DNA from: an uncultured Acidimicrobiaceae bacterium
GTDB lineage: Bacteria; Actinomycetota; Acidimicrobiia; Acidimicrobiales; Bog-793
DNA: 64,000 bases
Direction: 5' to 3'
Assembly (NCBI GenBank): GCA_963725355.1
Contig: CAVRYE010000012.1
Coordinates: forward strand, 457,528 to 521,527
Part shown: positions 41,856 to 52,413 of the stretch, piece after piece
How positions within the stretch are numbered: position 1 is the stretch's first letter
Layout of the letters: each line of letters begins with the position of its first letter
The notes under the pieces: generated by a model
What the model saw: only the letters and a program-made list of their open reading frames with translations
Database searches by the model: none
Told to the model about the DNA's origin: nothing
Made by a program: the position numbers and the translations under genes

Positions 41856-43223
41856 TCAGGCGCCCGTCGAGACAAAGACGTTCTTGAGCTCGGTGAACGC
41901 CTCCAGGGCGTCTGGCCCGAGTTCGCGCCCGATACCGGACCGCTTGAAGCCGCCGAAAGGAGTCCAGTAGCGCACAGACGAGTTCGAGTTGACCGAGATC
42001 GTCCCTGTCTCCACGGCCCTCGCCACGCGAAAGGCTCGCCCGACGTCGCGGGTCCAGATCGAGCCCGAGAGCCCGTAGGGGGTGTCGTTCGCGATGGCGA
42101 TGGCATCTGCCTCGTCCTCGAAGCGCAGCACAGCCACAACCGGTCCGAAGATCTCCTCGCGCACGGCCGGCGAGTCGGGTGGCACCGGTGCCAGCACCGT
42201 GGGCGGGAACCAGTACCCCGGCCCCTCCGGCGCGCTTCCCCGAAAAGCCACCGGGGCCCCGTCGGGCACGAAGGCGGCAACGGTTTCGCGGTGCTGGGCG
42301 CTTATCAGCGGGCCCATCTCGCTCGACTCGTCGGAGGGGTCGACGACCTTGACAGCCTTGACGGCGGCCTCGAAGCGCTCCATGAAGGCCTCGTAGACAC
42401 TCGCTTGGACGAGAATGCGCGACCGGGCGCAGCAGTCCTGACCGGCGTTGTCGAACACGCCGTAGGGGGCGGCCGCGGCCGCTGCATCGATGTCGGCGTC
42501 GCCGAAGACGATGTTGGCGCTCTTGCCGCCGAGCTCGAGGGTCACACGCTTTACCTGCTCGGCGCACCCGGCCATGATCTGCTGGCCGACCTCGGTCGAG
42601 CCGGTGAAACAGACCTTGCCGACAGCGGGGTGGGTCACAAAGCGCCAGCCGACCACTGAGCCGCGGCCGGGCAGGACCTGGAAGACCCCCTCGGGGAGAC
42701 CCGCCTCAAGTGCCAGCTCACCGATGCGGACGGCGGTGAGCGGGGTCAGGTCGGCCGGCTTGAGCACGACGGTGTTGCCCGCGGCGAGGGCCGGGGCGAA
42801 GCCCCACGATGCGATCGGCATGGGGAAGTTCCAGGGAACGATGATCCCGACGACGCCGATCGGCTCGCGGAAAGTGACGTCGAGCCCACCGGGGACGGGG
42901 ATCTGGCGGCCGAATAGCCTTTCCGGAGCCCCGGCGTAGTAGGCGAGCACGTCGCGGACGTTGCCCGCTTCCCAGCGGGCGTTCGAGATCGTATGGCCCG
43001 AATTAGCCACCTCCAGGCGGGCCAGTTCCTCGTTGGCAGCGTCGACGACCTCGGCAAAACGCCTCAAGAGGCGGGCTCGGTCACCAGGTGCCACGGCCCG
43101 CCAGGACTTCTGTGCTGCGGCCGAGCGCGCTATGGCCTCGTCCACGGCCTCGGCTTCGAGGATTTCGATGGTCGTGACCACCTCCTCGGTGGCCGGGTTG
43201 ACCACGTCGCGCTTAAGGCTCAC
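41856..43223 (-). CDS. Aldehyde dehydrogenase (PuuC-like)
   Basis: PWNFP, FTGST, LELGGKS, GQDCC, EEIFGPV, PFGGFK. Confidence 0.93.
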   Translation of the reverse strand: MSLKRDVVNPATEEVVTTIEILEAEAVDEAIARSAAAQKSWRAVAPGDRARLLRRFAEVVDAANEELARLEVANSGHTISNARWEAGNVRDVLAYYAGAPERLFGRQIPVPGGLDVTFREPIGVVGIIVPWNFPMPIASWGFAPALAAGNTVVLKPADLTPLTAVRIGELALEAGLPEGVFQVLPGRGSVVGWRFVTHPAVGKVCFTGSTEVGQQIMAGCAEQVKRVTLELGGKSANIVFGDADIDAAAAAAPYGVFDNAGQDCCARSRILVQASVYEAFMERFEAAVKAVKVVDPSDESSEMGPLISAQHRETVAAFVPDGAPVAFRGSAPEGPGYWFPPTVLAPVPPDSPAVREEIFGPVVAVLRFEDEADAIAIANDTPYGLSGSIWTRDVGRAFRVARAVETGTISVNSNSSVRYWTPFGGFKRSGIGRELGPDALEAFTELKNVFVSTGA

Positions 43224-44587
43224 AGGCGCTCGAAACCTCGGTAGCGCTCCCAGTCGGTGACGGCGGACTCGAAGGCCTCGAGCTCGACACGGGCCATGTT
43301 CGAGTAATGGGCTACGACGTCGTCACCGAAGGCCTTGCGGGCCACCTCGCTTGCGGCGAACAGGTCGGCCGCCTCCCGCAAGGTCGTCGGCAGCCGCGGC
43401 TTGTCGGACTCGTAGGCGTTACCGATGTACTCGTCCTCGAGCTCGAGCCCCTCCTCGATCCCGTGCAGTCCGCCGGCGACCATGGCCGAGAGGGCGAGAT
43501 AGGGGTTGACGTCCCCACCAGGCACGCGGCACTCGACGCGAAGGGCGTGCGGCTGGTGGCCGATTATGCGCAGGGCGCAGGTTCGGTTGTCGTGCCCCCA
43601 AGCGAGAGCTGTGGGGGCGAACGAGCCTCGGACGAAACGCTTGTAGCTGTTGATGTTCGGTGCCACCAGCAGCGTCAGCTCGCGAAGCGTCGCCAGCAGG
43701 CCGGCGATGAAGTGCTCGAACACGGGCGAGAAACCGTGCGGGCTGTTGCCGAAGAACACCGGTGTGTCCGACTCGTCACGAAGCGAGATGTGGACGTGGC
43801 ACGAGTTGCCCTCGCGCGAGTCGTACTTGGCCATGAAGGTGAGGCTGTAGCCCTCCTGTCCGGCTATCTCCTTGGCTCCCATCTTGAAAAGCGAATGCTC
43901 GTCGGCCTTTTCGACAAGGCCCGTGTATCTAAAGGCGATCTCGTGCTGGCCTAGGTTGCACTCGCCCTTGGCGGACTCGACCCACATGCCGGCGTCGCCC
44001 ATCTCGTTGCGGATCCTACGCAAGAGGGGCTCCACCCGGCCCGTGCCGAGGAGCGAGTAGTCGACGTTGTAGAGGTTGGCCGGGGTGAGCGCCCGGTAGC
44101 CGGCTTGCCAGGCCTGCTCGAAGGTGTCGTTCAAGACGATGAACTCGAGCTCGGTGGCGGCGAGCGCGTGCCAGCCGTAAGCGGCCAGGCGATCGGCTTG
44201 GCGGGCGAGGATCTGACGCGGTGAGGCCACGACCGGGGTCCCGTCGGCCCATTGCAGGTCGGCCACGCAGAATGCTGTACCGGGGTGCCAGGGGAGAAGG
44301 CGCAGCGTCGTCACGTCGGGCACCATCACGAAGTCGCCGTAGCCGCGCTCCCACGAGCTCATGGCATATCCGAGAACGGTGTTCATCTCGACGTCGACGG
44401 CGAGCAGGTAGTTGCAGCCCTCGGTCCCGCCGGTCACTACGTCTTCTAGGAAGTGGGCTGCGGCGAAACGCTTGCCCTGCAACCGCCCTTGCATGTCGGT
44501 GATCCCCACGACCACCGTGTCGATCTCGCGGGCGGCGACGAGCGCCGCCAGCCGCTCGACAGTGAGGGCGGTCGGCGTCTCGCTCAC
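43220..44587 (-). CDS. Glutamine synthetase family protein (gamma-glutamyl-amine ligase, PuuA-like)
   Basis: DMQGRLQGK, ATELEF, GQHE, TFMAK, GNSCHVH, NSYKR, DNRT, ECRVPGGD; GTG start overlapping the permease stop. Confidence 0.92.
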   Translation of the reverse strand: MSETPTALTVERLAALVAAREIDTVVVGITDMQGRLQGKRFAAAHFLEDVVTGGTEGCNYLLAVDVEMNTVLGYAMSSWERGYGDFVMVPDVTTLRLLPWHPGTAFCVADLQWADGTPVVASPRQILARQADRLAAYGWHALAATELEFIVLNDTFEQAWQAGYRALTPANLYNVDYSLLGTGRVEPLLRRIRNEMGDAGMWVESAKGECNLGQHEIAFRYTGLVEKADEHSLFKMGAKEIAGQEGYSLTFMAKYDSREGNSCHVHISLRDESDTPVFFGNSPHGFSPVFEHFIAGLLATLRELTLLVAPNINSYKRFVRGSFAPTALAWGHDNRTCALRIIGHQPHALRVECRVPGGDVNPYLALSAMVAGGLHGIEEGLELEDEYIGNAYESDKPRLPTTLREAADLFAASEVARKAFGDDVVAHYSNMARVELEAFESAVTDWERYRGFERL

Positions 44588-46155
44588 ACGTCCCCGCCCG
44601 ACCTGTGGCCGGCGGCTCCGAGCTCCGCCTCGATCCTCATCAGATCTTCCACACTGCCTTGCACCTTCGGGCCGGTGAACCACTTGCGGGCCGACAAGAG
44701 CCAGTAGCCGCCGGCAAACACGAGCACGACGCCGACAGCGATCGGGGCGTAGTTGAACGTGTCCCGGTTGATGGGGCTGAACTCGGGCAGCATGAACAGG
44801 ACCGCAATGAAGGCCACCCAGAGGATGCCCACCCAGCCGACCAGCGGGCTCCAGCGGCCGAGGCTCCAGCGGCCCTCTTTGAAGTCGGCGCCCTGCAGGC
44901 GGCGCAGGAGAGTCGGCAGGACGTAGGCGATGTAGAGGCCGATGGTGGCAATCGAGGTGACAGCACCGTAGGCGACGCCGCTCCACAGGGAGGGGAGGGC
45001 GAGGAGGAAGGCGAACACGACGCAGAACCAGATCCCATTGGTGGGCGTCCGTGTGCGGGGGTTGATGCGGTGCCACATCTTGTGTCCCGGCACCGCCCCG
45101 TCCCGGCTGAAGGCGTAGAGCATCCGCGAGTTCGCTGTGACAGAGGCCATGCCGCAGTACGCCTGAGCCATGAAGGCGATCACGAGGAGCAGCTCGGCAC
45201 CGTGGCGCCCGATGGCGTTGGACCATATGAGCACAGGAGAGAACTCTTGGATGGCGTAGCTCGAGTAGACGGACATGTTCGTCGGGATGACAAAGGTAAT
45301 GGCGAGGATCAAGATCCAACCGGCGATGAGAGACACGACAATGGAGCTGACGATGCCGCGGGGGGCGGCCAGGTCGGGGTTCTTCGTCTCCTCCGACATG
45401 TGAGCCGAGGCGTCGTAACCGGTGAAGGTGTACTGCGCCATGAGAAAGCCGATCAGGAACACGTACCACTTCGAGCTGAAGCCGGACAGGTTGATGAACT
45501 TGGTGAACACGAAGGAAACCGAGGCGTGGTGGCTCGGCACGAACACGAGCACCCCGGCGATGATGGCCACGCCGAGTATGTGCCACCATGCCGAGACGTC
45601 GGAGAGGAAGGCGACGACGCGAACTCCGAAGGTGTTGAGCAGGCCGTGAAGTATGAGGATGCCCGCATAGACGACGAGGATCCAGCCTGCCGTTGTCGGG
45701 AAATTGAACACCATGTTCAAGAACGCCGAGAAGAAGAAGGCGAATCCGTAGTCGATGCCGGCGGTGATGGCGACCTGGCCGAGCAGGTTGAACCAGCCCG
45801 TGAACCAGCTCCAGGCGCCGGGGTTCCCCTTGGCGAGCTTGGCCGACCAGTAGTACAGCCCGCCTGCTGTTGGATAGGAGGACGCGATCTCCGCCATGCC
45901 GAGCCCGACGATGATGGTGAAGAAGCCGACGATGATCCAGCCCCAGACGATGTCGACGGGGCCGCCCTCTTGCATCCCGAAGTAGTACAGCGTCAGGCAG
46001 CCAGATAGCACCGAGATGATGGTGAACGAGACGGCGAAGTTGGAGAACCCGCCCATCCTCCTGTGGAGCTCTTGTGCGTAGCCAAGCTCGTGGAGCTTGG
46101 CTACGTCAGCGTCCACCCCGCTTGATGCTGGAACAGCACCTTTTCTGACCGACAT
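44584..46155 (-). CDS. Amino acid/polyamine permease (APC, ACT-like)
   Basis: LGYAQELHR, FSNFAVSF, AEIASSYPTAGGLY, GYDASAHMSEET, YAFSRDG. Confidence 0.92.
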   Translation of the reverse strand: MSVRKGAVPASSGVDADVAKLHELGYAQELHRRMGGFSNFAVSFTIISVLSGCLTLYYFGMQEGGPVDIVWGWIIVGFFTIIVGLGMAEIASSYPTAGGLYYWSAKLAKGNPGAWSWFTGWFNLLGQVAITAGIDYGFAFFFSAFLNMVFNFPTTAGWILVVYAGILILHGLLNTFGVRVVAFLSDVSAWWHILGVAIIAGVLVFVPSHHASVSFVFTKFINLSGFSSKWYVFLIGFLMAQYTFTGYDASAHMSEETKNPDLAAPRGIVSSIVVSLIAGWILILAITFVIPTNMSVYSSYAIQEFSPVLIWSNAIGRHGAELLLVIAFMAQAYCGMASVTANSRMLYAFSRDGAVPGHKMWHRINPRTRTPTNGIWFCVVFAFLLALPSLWSGVAYGAVTSIATIGLYIAYVLPTLLRRLQGADFKEGRWSLGRWSPLVGWVGILWVAFIAVLFMLPEFSPINRDTFNYAPIAVGVVLVFAGGYWLLSARKWFTGPKVQGSVEDLMRIEAELGAAGHRSGGDV

Positions 46156-46282
46156 CGAGGCCCCCCCCACGGTGACGGCCCGAGCCGTCATTCGGTGCGA
46201 ACCATTAAAACAACGCGCCAAGGGCAAGTCAAGGGCCGGATTTCGATGCGCGGCGATGCGTTCGGGCCCGTTCTGAGGCACT

Positions 46283-48181
46283 ATGGCTGTCGGGCGAAGT
46301 CCTGGCACACTTACGCCAGTGAGCGCCGTACCGGAGATCGTCGAGTTCCTCCTCACCTACCCGCCCTTCAACGCCCTCGGCAGGTCGGAGGTCGAGGGGG
46401 CCGCCGCCGCGGCCGAGATCGAGTTCCATTTAGCAGGTACGGAGATCTTCTCCCAGGGCGCCAAGCCGAGCGTGCTGCGGGTGATACGAGCCGGTGCGGT
46501 CGAGATAGTGCACGACGGCAGGGTGCTCGACCTGATCGGGGTGGGCGAGATGTTCGGCCACGCCTCGATGTTGTCGGGACTGCCGACGGGCTTTGCCGCC
46601 CGAGCGGCGGAGGACACCCTCACCTACCGGATCCCGGCAGTCGTCGCCTACAGGCTGCTCGGCCAGCCCGCGACGCTGCGCTATGTGACCCGGTCCCTCT
46701 TGGAGGACCGCTACGGGATCCGCCAGGGCCGGGCGGACGAGGTGGTGCGCAACCAGCTCAGCCAGCCGGTCGGTGAACTTATCCGGGCTCCTGCAGTGAT
46801 CTGCGGGCCCGGCACCACGATAAGCGAGGCAGCCCGCGAGATGGGTGCCCGCGGGGCGACGGCGGTCGTAGTCGACCTCGGTTCCTCGCTTGGCATCCTC
46901 ACCGACCGGGACTTGCGCTCTCGTGTGCTAGCCGTCGGGCTTTCGCCGGAGACGCCCGTTGCCCAAGCAATGACGGCTCCAGCCGAGACCGTGCCTTCTG
47001 ACCGACTGGCGGGAGAGGTACTGCTCGACATGCTTGACAGGGGCTTTCGCCACTTCCCCGTTCTCTCTCCGACCGGCTCGGTGCTTGGCGTCATCGGCGA
47101 TTCCGACCTCGTCGAGGCGCAGACCCACTCGTCGTTCTCGCTCCGCCGGGCGATCGCACGTGCCTTGGACCCGACTGAGCTCGCCGAGGTGGCGACGGGG
47201 CTCCGGCCAATGATCGTGAGCATGCACCGCGCCCATGTGGCCCCGCTCGACATCGAGGCTGTGTTCTCGATCGTCTCGGACGCCTTGACGCGCCGTGCCA
47301 TCGAGTTCGCACTGGCCGAGGTCGGGGAAGCTCCAGCACCTTTCGCATGGCTCGCGCTCGGGAGCCAAGCCCGGCGCGAGGCCGTCCCGAGCTCGGACCT
47401 CGACAGCGCCGTGGTCTTCTTGAAAGGTGATGACCCCTCGTTGGACGTCGACTCGGTAACGCGCCCGTACTTCGCCGGCCTTGCCCTGCGGGCAACCGAG
47501 ATCCTCGTCTCTTGCGGCTTTCATCCCGACACCCACCGGGCGAGCGCGGCGGACCCCCTCTTCGTACGTTCTCTCGAGTCCTGGCAGGCAGCCGGCCGTT
47601 CCTGGCTGGAGGACCCGACGCAGGAAAAGGCGCTCGTGCTGACATCGGTCCTTGTCGACAGCCGCCCTGCATTCGGGGCGAAGGTGGGCGAGATGCTGGC
47701 AGAAACATTCCGCCCGGCAAGAGAGCACCCTGACATGTTGCGACTTCTCGCCCGCTTCTCCTTGTCGCACAGGCCTCCCACGGGCTTTCTGGGTGGTTTG
47801 GTCGTGGAGCACTCCGGGGAGCACCGCGGCACGCTCGACCTTAAGGAAGGGGGCGCCCTTCCGATCGTCAACCTCGCCCGTTGGGCCGGGATGGCGACGG
47901 GAGTGGTCTGTGCCTCCACCCCATCCAGGCTGCGTGCCGCGAGCGAGGGTGGCATCTTGTCTCAGGCGGACGCCGACACGCTCGTAGAGTCGTTCGAGCT
48001 CGTCTCCGAGCTTCGCCTCGACCACCAGAGCTCACAGCTCATGGCAGGCACCGAGCCCGATGACTTCGTCGACCCGTCCGAGCTCAGCGCCCTCACGCGG
48101 ACATATTTGAAAGAGGCCTTCCGCGCGGTGGCCTCGGTGCAGCACAGCATCTCCAACGACCTTACCTTCGGGGTGCGGTGA
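46283..48181 (+). CDS. cNMP-CBS-DUF294 putative nucleotidyltransferase
   Basis: N-terminal cNMP-binding domain (GEMFGHASM), CBS pair (GILTDRDLR), LGSQARRE...SDLDS NTase motif, LDLKEGG. Confidence 0.88.
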   Translation: MAVGRSPGTLTPVSAVPEIVEFLLTYPPFNALGRSEVEGAAAAAEIEFHLAGTEIFSQGAKPSVLRVIRAGAVEIVHDGRVLDLIGVGEMFGHASMLSGLPTGFAARAAEDTLTYRIPAVVAYRLLGQPATLRYVTRSLLEDRYGIRQGRADEVVRNQLSQPVGELIRAPAVICGPGTTISEAAREMGARGATAVVVDLGSSLGILTDRDLRSRVLAVGLSPETPVAQAMTAPAETVPSDRLAGEVLLDMLDRGFRHFPVLSPTGSVLGVIGDSDLVEAQTHSSFSLRRAIARALDPTELAEVATGLRPMIVSMHRAHVAPLDIEAVFSIVSDALTRRAIEFALAEVGEAPAPFAWLALGSQARREAVPSSDLDSAVVFLKGDDPSLDVDSVTRPYFAGLALRATEILVSCGFHPDTHRASAADPLFVRSLESWQAAGRSWLEDPTQEKALVLTSVLVDSRPAFGAKVGEMLAETFRPAREHPDMLRLLARFSLSHRPPTGFLGGLVVEHSGEHRGTLDLKEGGALPIVNLARWAGMATGVVCASTPSRLRAASEGGILSQADADTLVESFELVSELRLDHQSSQLMAGTEPDDFVDPSELSALTRTYLKEAFRAVASVQHSISNDLTFGVR

Positions 48182-48882
48182 GGCTTGGCGGCCGAAGCCG
48201 GGCCTTCTCGCCGGCCGCGTCGGCCTACGTCCACTCCGCCGTGGCGAAACGGCGAACACCTTGGCGTGAGGCGCGCTACTGCGTGGTCGACCTCGAGCTG
48301 AGCGGCCTCAACCCTTCGACCGATGAGATCATCTCGTTTGGCGCAGTACCGATCGATGGGGGTCTCATCGCTGCCGGGCGCAGTCTTTACGGACTGGCCA
48401 GGCCGACGAGGCCTCTGCCGGAGGCCTCCGTCGTCGTTCACGGGATCCGAACCGTCGACCTCGAGCAGGCGCCCCCGCTCGACGAGTCGATCGTCGATCT
48501 CCTCGACGCGATCACCGGGCGTGTGCTCGTGGCGCATTCAGCTGGAGTGGAAAGGGCTTTTCTCGGCGCCGCCCTTCGCCGTCAGGGTGTCAAGCTCCGC
48601 GGGCCCGTGCTCGATACGGCCGTGCTGGGGCGGCTCTTGATGGTCGAACGGGGCGACCCGCTACCGAGGTTCGTTTCTCTCGGCCAGCTGGCCGGGGCAA
48701 TGGGGCTTCCCGAGCACCGCCCCCACCACGCTTTGAGCGACGCCCTGACGACCGCCCAGGTCTTCCTGGCGATTGTCTCCCACCTCGAGGAACTAAGTCC
48801 CGAGACCGTCGGGTCGCTTTCTCGCGCCGACACGCGGCTCGACAACGCCAGGCACTACTCCCCGAAGCCTGCGGTCTCCTAA
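48178..48882 (+). CDS. DEDDh 3'-5' exonuclease (DnaQ-like)
   Basis: VVDLELSGL, VHGI, VAH, LDT, HHALSDA; GTGA overlap with the DUF294 gene. Confidence 0.88.
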   Translation: MRLGGRSRAFSPAASAYVHSAVAKRRTPWREARYCVVDLELSGLNPSTDEIISFGAVPIDGGLIAAGRSLYGLARPTRPLPEASVVVHGIRTVDLEQAPPLDESIVDLLDAITGRVLVAHSAGVERAFLGAALRRQGVKLRGPVLDTAVLGRLLMVERGDPLPRFVSLGQLAGAMGLPEHRPHHALSDALTTAQVFLAIVSHLEELSPETVGSLSRADTRLDNARHYSPKPAVS

Positions 48883-48887
48883 CGGGC

Positions 48888-51344
48888 TCAGGTGACGAGG
48901 TTGACGAGCCTTGGAGGACGGGCAATGACGCGCGCCGGCAAAGCGCCTTCCAGTGCCTCTCGGACCTTGGCCGAGGCGAGTGCCGCGGCGACGGCGGCAT
49001 CTTCTGAGATGTCGCGGGCTACCTCGATCCGGTCCCTCAGCTTGCCGTTCACTTGCACGATCATCGTCGAGGTCTCGTCTGTGAGCAGTCTCAGGTCCGC
49101 CACAGGCCACGGACGTGTGTGCACGTTGTCGCCGCGGCGGCGCTCGTAGGCCTCGGCTGCGAGGTGAGGCGCGAAAGGGGCCAACAGCTCGAGCAGGGTG
49201 TCGATCGACTCGTCGACAACCGCACGGTCGGTGCCGGAACGGGCATGACGCGAGATCGTGTTGTACAGCTCCATGCACGCCGCCACGGCCGTGTTGAAGG
49301 CGTAGCGGTCGATGTCAGTCGTGACTCTGGCTATGGTTCGGTGCACCGCCCGTCGCAGCTCCTCGCTGCCACCGGCCTGGATGTCGTCAGACACGCTGTC
49401 ATCAAGCTCGGAGGTGTCCGTGGCGAGGTGCCAGACCCGCCCTAGATAGCGCGAGCACCCGTCGAGGATCTCTTCTGTCTGGTCGTTCCAGTCGACATCG
49501 TCCACGGGAGGCCCGATGAAGAGGTGGAGCAGCCTCAAGGCGTCTGCCCCGACCTTGGTGAAGTACTCGTCGGGCGAGATGACGTTGCCCCTCGACTTCG
49601 ACATCGCCCGCCCCCCGAGGCGAATCATCCCCTGGCAGAACAGCTGGGCGAAAGGTTCCCGCACTTCTTTCGGGCCGAGCCCGGTGTCGCCCAGCGCCCT
49701 TGTGTAAAAGCGCGCGTAGAGGAGATGCAAGATGGCGTGGGTTATGCCGCCTATGTATTGGTCGACCGGCATGTAGTGGCGGGCGGCCGGGATGTCGACC
49801 GGACCGGTCTCCTCGCGCGGGTTGCAAAAACGCAGGAAGTACCACGACGAGTCGACGAAGGTGTCCATCGTGTCGGTCTCGCGCAGAGCCGGGCCGCCGC
49901 AGGTCGGGCAGGTCGTCTTCAAGAACCCCTCGTCGAAGCGCAGCGGCGACTCGCCTGTCGGGCGGAACTCGACGTCCTCGGGAAGCAAGATGGGGAGCTC
50001 GTCGACGGGGACGGGCACGATCCCATGGTCGGGGCAGTACACGACGGGGATAGGGCAGCCCCAGTAGCGTTGGCGGCTTATCAGCCAGTCCCGCAGGCGG
50101 TAATTCACCTTGCGCGAGCCGATGCCGTTCTTCTCGAGGAAGTCGATGGCGGCGCGCTTTGCTGCGGGCACGTCCAGCCCGTCGAGAAAGCCGCTGTTGA
50201 TCTTGAGCCCGTCGCCTGAGTAGGCGCCACCTGAGAAGCCCTCGGGGGGCTCGACCGTGCGCACGATAGGCAGCCCGTGGGTCTCGGCGAAGGCGAAGTC
50301 ACGCTCGTCCTCCGCCGGGACAGCCATGATGGCCCCGGTCCCATAGCCCATGAGCACGTAGTCGGCTACGTAGATGGGCACGGGCTCGTTGTTGAACGGG
50401 TTCAAGCAGTAGCTGCCCGTGAAGGCGCCGCGCTTGTCGAGCGGGCCCTCAGACGACTGGCGCTCGATGTCGGTCTCCTGCTGGGCTCGGACGCGAAGTT
50501 CGGCGACCTCGTCCCGGTGGGCTTCGGTCACGAGTTCTGTCACTAGGGGGTGCTCGGGGGCAAGCACGGCATAGGTCATGCCGAAGCTCGTGTCCGGGCG
50601 GGTCGTGAAGACCTCGATCTCGATCCCCGGGCGGCCTGCGACCGGCATGCGGAACTGGACACCTTCTGACCGGCCGATCCAATTTCGCTGCATGGTCTTG
50701 ACCCGTTCGGGCCAGTCGAGGCCGTCGAGAGCGTCGAGCAATTCCTCTGCGTAGGCCGTGATGCGGAAGAACCACTGCTCAAGGTTGCGGCGCTCGACGA
50801 CGTCGCCTGACCGCTCACAAGTGCCATCGGCCAGCACTTGCTCATTCGCGAGCACGGTGTGGCACCCGGGGCACCAGTTGACGGGCGCCTCTGCCCTATA
50901 GGCGAGCCCTGCACGGAGCAGCTCAAGGAAGATGACCTGGTTCCAGCGCATGTAGTCTGGGTCGTGGCTGCGCAGCTCCCGTCTCCAGTCATAGACCGCC
51001 CCCAGCCGTTTCACCGATGACTTGAGCTCGGCGATACGGGCCTCTGTATATACGCGGGGGTGGTCTCCGCCCTTTATGGCGGCGTTCTCCGCCGGGAGGC
51101 CGAACGAGTCGAACCCGAAGGGGCTAAGGACTGCATGGCCCTGCATAGTGCGGTGCCGCACGAGGACATCGCCGAATGTGTAGTTGCGGATGTGACCCTG
51201 GTGAGCTGGGCCGCTCGGGTAGGGGTACATGCTGAGCACGTAGTAGGGAGGCCGCGGGTCGTCAAGCTCGACGCGATACGTCCCGTCTTCGTCCCAGCGC
51301 CTTTGCCAGCGCGCTTCTACCTCCCGAAAGTCGTAGGCGTCCAC
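48888..51344 (-). CDS. leuS: Leucine--tRNA ligase
   Basis: MYPYPSG..HQGH (HIGH), [34 protein letters not shown]. Confidence 0.97.
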   Translation of the reverse strand: MDAYDFREVEARWQRRWDEDGTYRVELDDPRPPYYVLSMYPYPSGPAHQGHIRNYTFGDVLVRHRTMQGHAVLSPFGFDSFGLPAENAAIKGGDHPRVYTEARIAELKSSVKRLGAVYDWRRELRSHDPDYMRWNQVIFLELLRAGLAYRAEAPVNWCPGCHTVLANEQVLADGTCERSGDVVERRNLEQWFFRITAYAEELLDALDGLDWPERVKTMQRNWIGRSEGVQFRMPVAGRPGIEIEVFTTRPDTSFGMTYAVLAPEHPLVTELVTEAHRDEVAELRVRAQQETDIERQSSEGPLDKRGAFTGSYCLNPFNNEPVPIYVADYVLMGYGTGAIMAVPAEDERDFAFAETHGLPIVRTVEPPEGFSGGAYSGDGLKINSGFLDGLDVPAAKRAAIDFLEKNGIGSRKVNYRLRDWLISRQRYWGCPIPVVYCPDHGIVPVPVDELPILLPEDVEFRPTGESPLRFDEGFLKTTCPTCGGPALRETDTMDTFVDSSWYFLRFCNPREETGPVDIPAARHYMPVDQYIGGITHAILHLLYARFYTRALGDTGLGPKEVREPFAQLFCQGMIRLGGRAMSKSRGNVISPDEYFTKVGADALRLLHLFIGPPVDDVDWNDQTEEILDGCSRYLGRVWHLATDTSELDDSVSDDIQAGGSEELRRAVHRTIARVTTDIDRYAFNTAVAACMELYNTISRHARSGTDRAVVDESIDTLLELLAPFAPHLAAEAYERRRGDNVHTRPWPVADLRLLTDETSTMIVQVNGKLRDRIEVARDISEDAAVAAALASAKVREALEGALPARVIARPPRLVNLVT

Positions 51345-51441
51345 GCGGCCAGGTTAGTTGGCAAGCGAGGACGGTCACGAGGTGGGTGGAGCCGGTCGTA
51401 GGTTGCGACCCGGTGCGGTCGATTAGAGTAGGGCATCCCTC

Positions 51442-51515
51442 GGGGGCGTAGCTCAGTTGGTAGAGCGCCTGACTGGCAGTCAGGAGGTTCGAGGGTTCGA
51501 GTCCCTTCGCCTCCA
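51442..51515 (+). tRNA. tRNA-Ala(GGC)
   Basis: Cloverleaf: GGGGGCG/CGCCTCC acceptor stem with G3.U70, D-arm AGCTCAGTTGGTAGAGC, anticodon stem CCTGA/TCAGG with GGC, GGTTCGAGT T-loop; CCA not encoded. Confidence 0.97.
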
Positions 51516-51594
51516 CCCGAAAGTCCTGGTCACAGGAGTGTGAGGGTGTGTCGCTTTCCGCTGGGCCGGCGGGAATGTAGCCAACTGTAGCCGC

Positions 51595-51734
51595 ACCGCC
51601 GGCACCGGAGTCCGGAAAGAGAGCTGCTTGCGCTGTTCGTCGAGGACGTCGACTTGAAGGCGCAAGAGAATGAAATCGCGTTTGCCATCGCCGACGGCGG
51701 CCCAGGCGTCGGTCTCGTGCACAAGCCGACCTAG
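51595..51734 (+). pseudogene. Tyrosine integrase remnant next to tRNA-Ala
   Basis: TGVRK / ELLALFVEDVDL (box I, split by a frameshift) followed by IAFAIADGGPGVGLVHKPT and a stop. Confidence 0.55.
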
Positions 51735-52129
51735 GCGCTTCACCGCGAACGGCAGATCACCCGCCCGCGAGATCCATGCCATTTCGCGGCTCGCTAGTCG
51801 CGGCGGCGATCGCTCCGGTGATCAACTGTGGCTACTCGAGTGCGTCGGAGCCCTGTGCCTTGCCGCGTGGTGCGGTGCTCGGACGCTCCTTGTTGTGACG
51901 CCGATGCAAGCCGTCAGCGTAGGTCCTAGACGTGCTCCGAGGTCGGTCCTGCCGCTCACTCCTTCTTCGTGCCTCAACTCCCGAAACAATGTCAAGGCCG
52001 CATGGGAGAATCGAGGATGCGGTGGCCCCGTAGCGTCGACTCCGGACGAGGAAACGAAAGTCGGCACCCAAACGAAATGCACCCTCGGCGTACCGTTCAC
52101 GTCAGGTCGTGAACAAAGAAGGAAGTCAA

Positions 52130-52293
52130 ATGACGCTCGTAGGGGCGTTTTACACTGACACCGACCCGGAGGACCCGGTCTCTATCACGACCAGGCTGAG
52201 TGCCCGTACGGTCAGGAGATCAAACGCAACGGCAACGATCACCTCGGCACGGGCGGCCGCCGTCGCTGTGACTGGTGCACCGCTAACTGGTAG
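52130..52293 (+). CDS. Small His/Cys zinc-binding-like protein with a 2-nt frameshift
   Basis: AAGGAAG RBS; MTLVGAFYTDTDPEDPV, then after removing one CT from GTCTCTAT: YHDQAECPYGQEIKRNGNDHLGTGGRRRCDWCTANW*. Confidence 0.55.
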
Positions 52294-52324
52294 TTGAGCG
52301 CAGCACGGTGGTAGAGATCACATC

Positions 52325-52411
52325 CTGCAAAGTATAGCGAAACAGCGATAGTTTGCAGATACAGAGCACATGTTGTGCTGCAAACAATGTCGATATAGCT
52401 ATATAATGCAG
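52325..52411 (+). promoter_or_regulatory. AbiE promoter/operator: two 34-bp inverted-repeat units plus TATAAT -10
   Basis: CTGCAAA...TTTGCAG (52325-52358) and CTGCAAAC...TGCAG (52378-52411); TATAAT at 52402-52407, 6 nt before the ATG. Confidence 0.7.
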
Positions 52412-52413
52412 GT

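Noticed and set aside
43220-45589. 789-aa ORF suggesting a long N-terminal fusion to the GS-like protein
   Set aside because: The extension is an off-frame overlap with the permease; the real start is the GTG at 44587
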